The notes beneath the pieces were generated by a model that did no database searches, had not been told where the DNA came from, and was given only the letters and a program-made list of their open reading frames with translations. Positions 62,201-64,000 of a stretch of 64,000 nt of DNA are shown here, piece by piece. Within the stretch, counting starts at the first letter, position 1, and each line of letters opens with the position of its first letter. Source of the stretch: Lepidodermella squamata (lineage: Eukaryota > Animalia > Gastrotricha); contig JBLDXI010000002.1 in the NCBI GenBank assembly GCA_047495785.1, forward strand, positions 1,736,001 to 1,800,000, given 5' to 3'. A program made the translations under genes and the position numbers.

Positions 62201-63399
62201 TAATTTCAGCTACCTCTTACCACAGATATGCATATATATTGGCATTCATGACTGTGGAAATCTGAAAAAAAATCACTGATTAAAAATCGATAAAAGAAAT
62301 CGATATCAGTTATGCTGTTCAAGTCGCAAAGTGGTTAGGCCATGAACATAAAAAGATTGAGATTCGAAGGACAATGTACAGCTCGAAAAAAGAACAATTG
62401 CTGAACCTTGAATTTAAGCTGGCATGTCATGGTCCAATTTTTTTCAGCCAAGGAAAAACATCGAGAATTTTCAGGCAAATGAAGGAATAATCGAATAATC
62501 GGAATATTCGGATAATCGAGATCCTTATGCTACACTTGGCACTCAGGCGGATAGCCGCTTTCAGATTCTAGTAGGCAACATCCAGAAGTAGTATTCTACG
62601 AACGGGCATACAAAAATTCGACGAATTGGCCGAGCTGTGAACTTGCGAAATCAGAATTCCAAAATCGTCCTTATGGCCGTGAAAGGGTTAACAGATCATG
62701 TTTGGAATACCTGTCCCAACAATTATTATATCTCGATTTTTTCCACTTGGAAATTTCCGGAAAATGTTGATTCCGTTGGTGGAAAATTGCGAGTGACTCC
62801 ATCTTTTGAAATGAAGGAAGTCTCTCGAACGTTTTGATGTACGTTTTATTTTAATTTTTTCCTTTGAAGTATAACGACTGTTTTTACACACCTGAATAAG
62901 CTCACCGTGCTTGCACCCGTGTTAGCCGTCACGGTTCGTTTCTGGCTGTTGGTAGCGCGCGGCAAAGGCTGTCACGTTGTAGCACGCAGTCTACACCCTT
63001 AACATAGTCATCTGCCGGCGCTTTTTCTTCACTCTCCTCATCACTTCAACACATGATAAAGTTGTATAACTTTAATACCGCCGTGTCCAGATGATGACGA
63101 GTATGTGTGTGTTTTTTATGTGTTCTATAACTAGTTATAATATTAATGAATAAATAATAACAAATTCACGCAGTTTTTGACCGCAACTATAATTTTTATA
63201 ATATTAAAGCAAAAGTTTAACGAAGCCTCACGAGTAGTGGGTTCGCAGTTAGGGTGAAACGTTGACGGTCATTCTAATACAGGAATTGCTTTTAGCCATG
63301 TTTAATTCCCCTAAAAGTATTACTAAATTACCCGAGGATGCAATTAAATTCCTGTCCTGTTAATACCCGATTGCATAGGTTGACTTATCGAAGAAAAAA

Positions 63400-64000
63400 A
63401 TGAGGCAACTTTTGGTGCTGGCCTGCTTGGTCGCAATGGCTGCTGCCCAGCAAGTAACCACTAGAGCCGGCCCTACAACAGCTAGAGCAGCTACTACAAC
63501 AGCTAGACCAGCCGCCGCGACTACCGCTAGGGCAGCAACCACAGCAGCCAGAGCTGTTACCACTGCAGCAGCCGCTACTACAACAAGAGCCGCCGTAGTA
63601 ACAACGGCTGCGGCTACCACTGCCCGAGCTGCCACAGCAGCTGCAGCAACTACCGCCAGGGTGGTCGCGACTACAGCAGCGGCAGCGGCTACAGTTAAGG
63701 CTGCTGCAGCAACCACTGCTGCCGGGGCAACCACAGTCAAAGCCGGGGCAACCACTGCAGCTGGTAGCACAGTTGCCGCTGGAACTACCGCGGCAGCGTA
63801 AGAAATTGAATTTAGCTATAATTCCGCCAAATTATTCTTTCCCTAGTGTTACAAGGGCGATTGCGAGCTTGGCCGGTGACACCAACGCCACGGCTGTTAG
63901 CGGCAATGATACTGCTGCTAGCAACAATGCTACTGCCTCCGGAAACAAAACCATATCGAGAAGTGAGGCGGATCCGTTTGATAGGCTCGACTCGCGTACT
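63400..64000 (+). CDS. Secreted Ala/Thr-rich low-complexity (mucin-like) protein, truncated by the window end; exons 63400-63797, 63847->64000
   Basis: Signal peptide MRQLLVLACLVAMAAA; (A)TTARA repeats; intron GTAAGA..CCCTAG removes the apparent stop and the frame stays open (VTRAIASLAGDTNATAVSGNDT..). Confidence 0.8.

Noticed and set aside
1-64000. CRISPR arrays, rRNA, intact tRNA genes, autonomous transposase or reverse-transcriptase ORFs
   Set aside because: None seen; the sequence is intron-containing animal DNA and its repeats are short non-autonomous relics

Overview
Gene-dense eukaryotic (animal) DNA with short AT-rich GT-AG introns (mostly about 45-60 nt), so the ORF track splits or misses many genes; I rebuilt the gene models by hand from splice sites. 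A chitin-binding + LamG (Pif/LamG3-like) gene suggests a compact-genome spiralian invertebrate (inference). In order: GH13 alpha-glucosidase; an unlisted 3-exon coiled-coil gene; a divergent Cdx-like homeobox gene with Arg50; the Pif-like gene; three tandem Patched-related (PTCHD3/Ptr-like) genes interleaved with an intronless secreted amidase and an aminergic GPCR; three tandem paralogous small secreted Cys-loop peptide genes; two paralogous orphan GPCRs; a signal-peptide ankyrin protein; a divergent SLC2-type sugar transporter; an nAChR alpha subunit; four PAN/Apple-domain secreted proteins; PPEF/rdgC phosphatase; and a truncated Ala/Thr-rich secreted protein. Several MITE-like families sit in the long introns and intergenic gaps. 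The best candidate for an undescribed system is at 31.7-37.6 kb: three peptide precursor genes sharing RQE-x3-RC-x9-CNRN...W-x2-K-x3-D, visible only after splicing, lie head-to-head with two orphan class A GPCRs that share an N-terminal Cys loop. This may be a ligand-receptor cluster; the pairing is inference.
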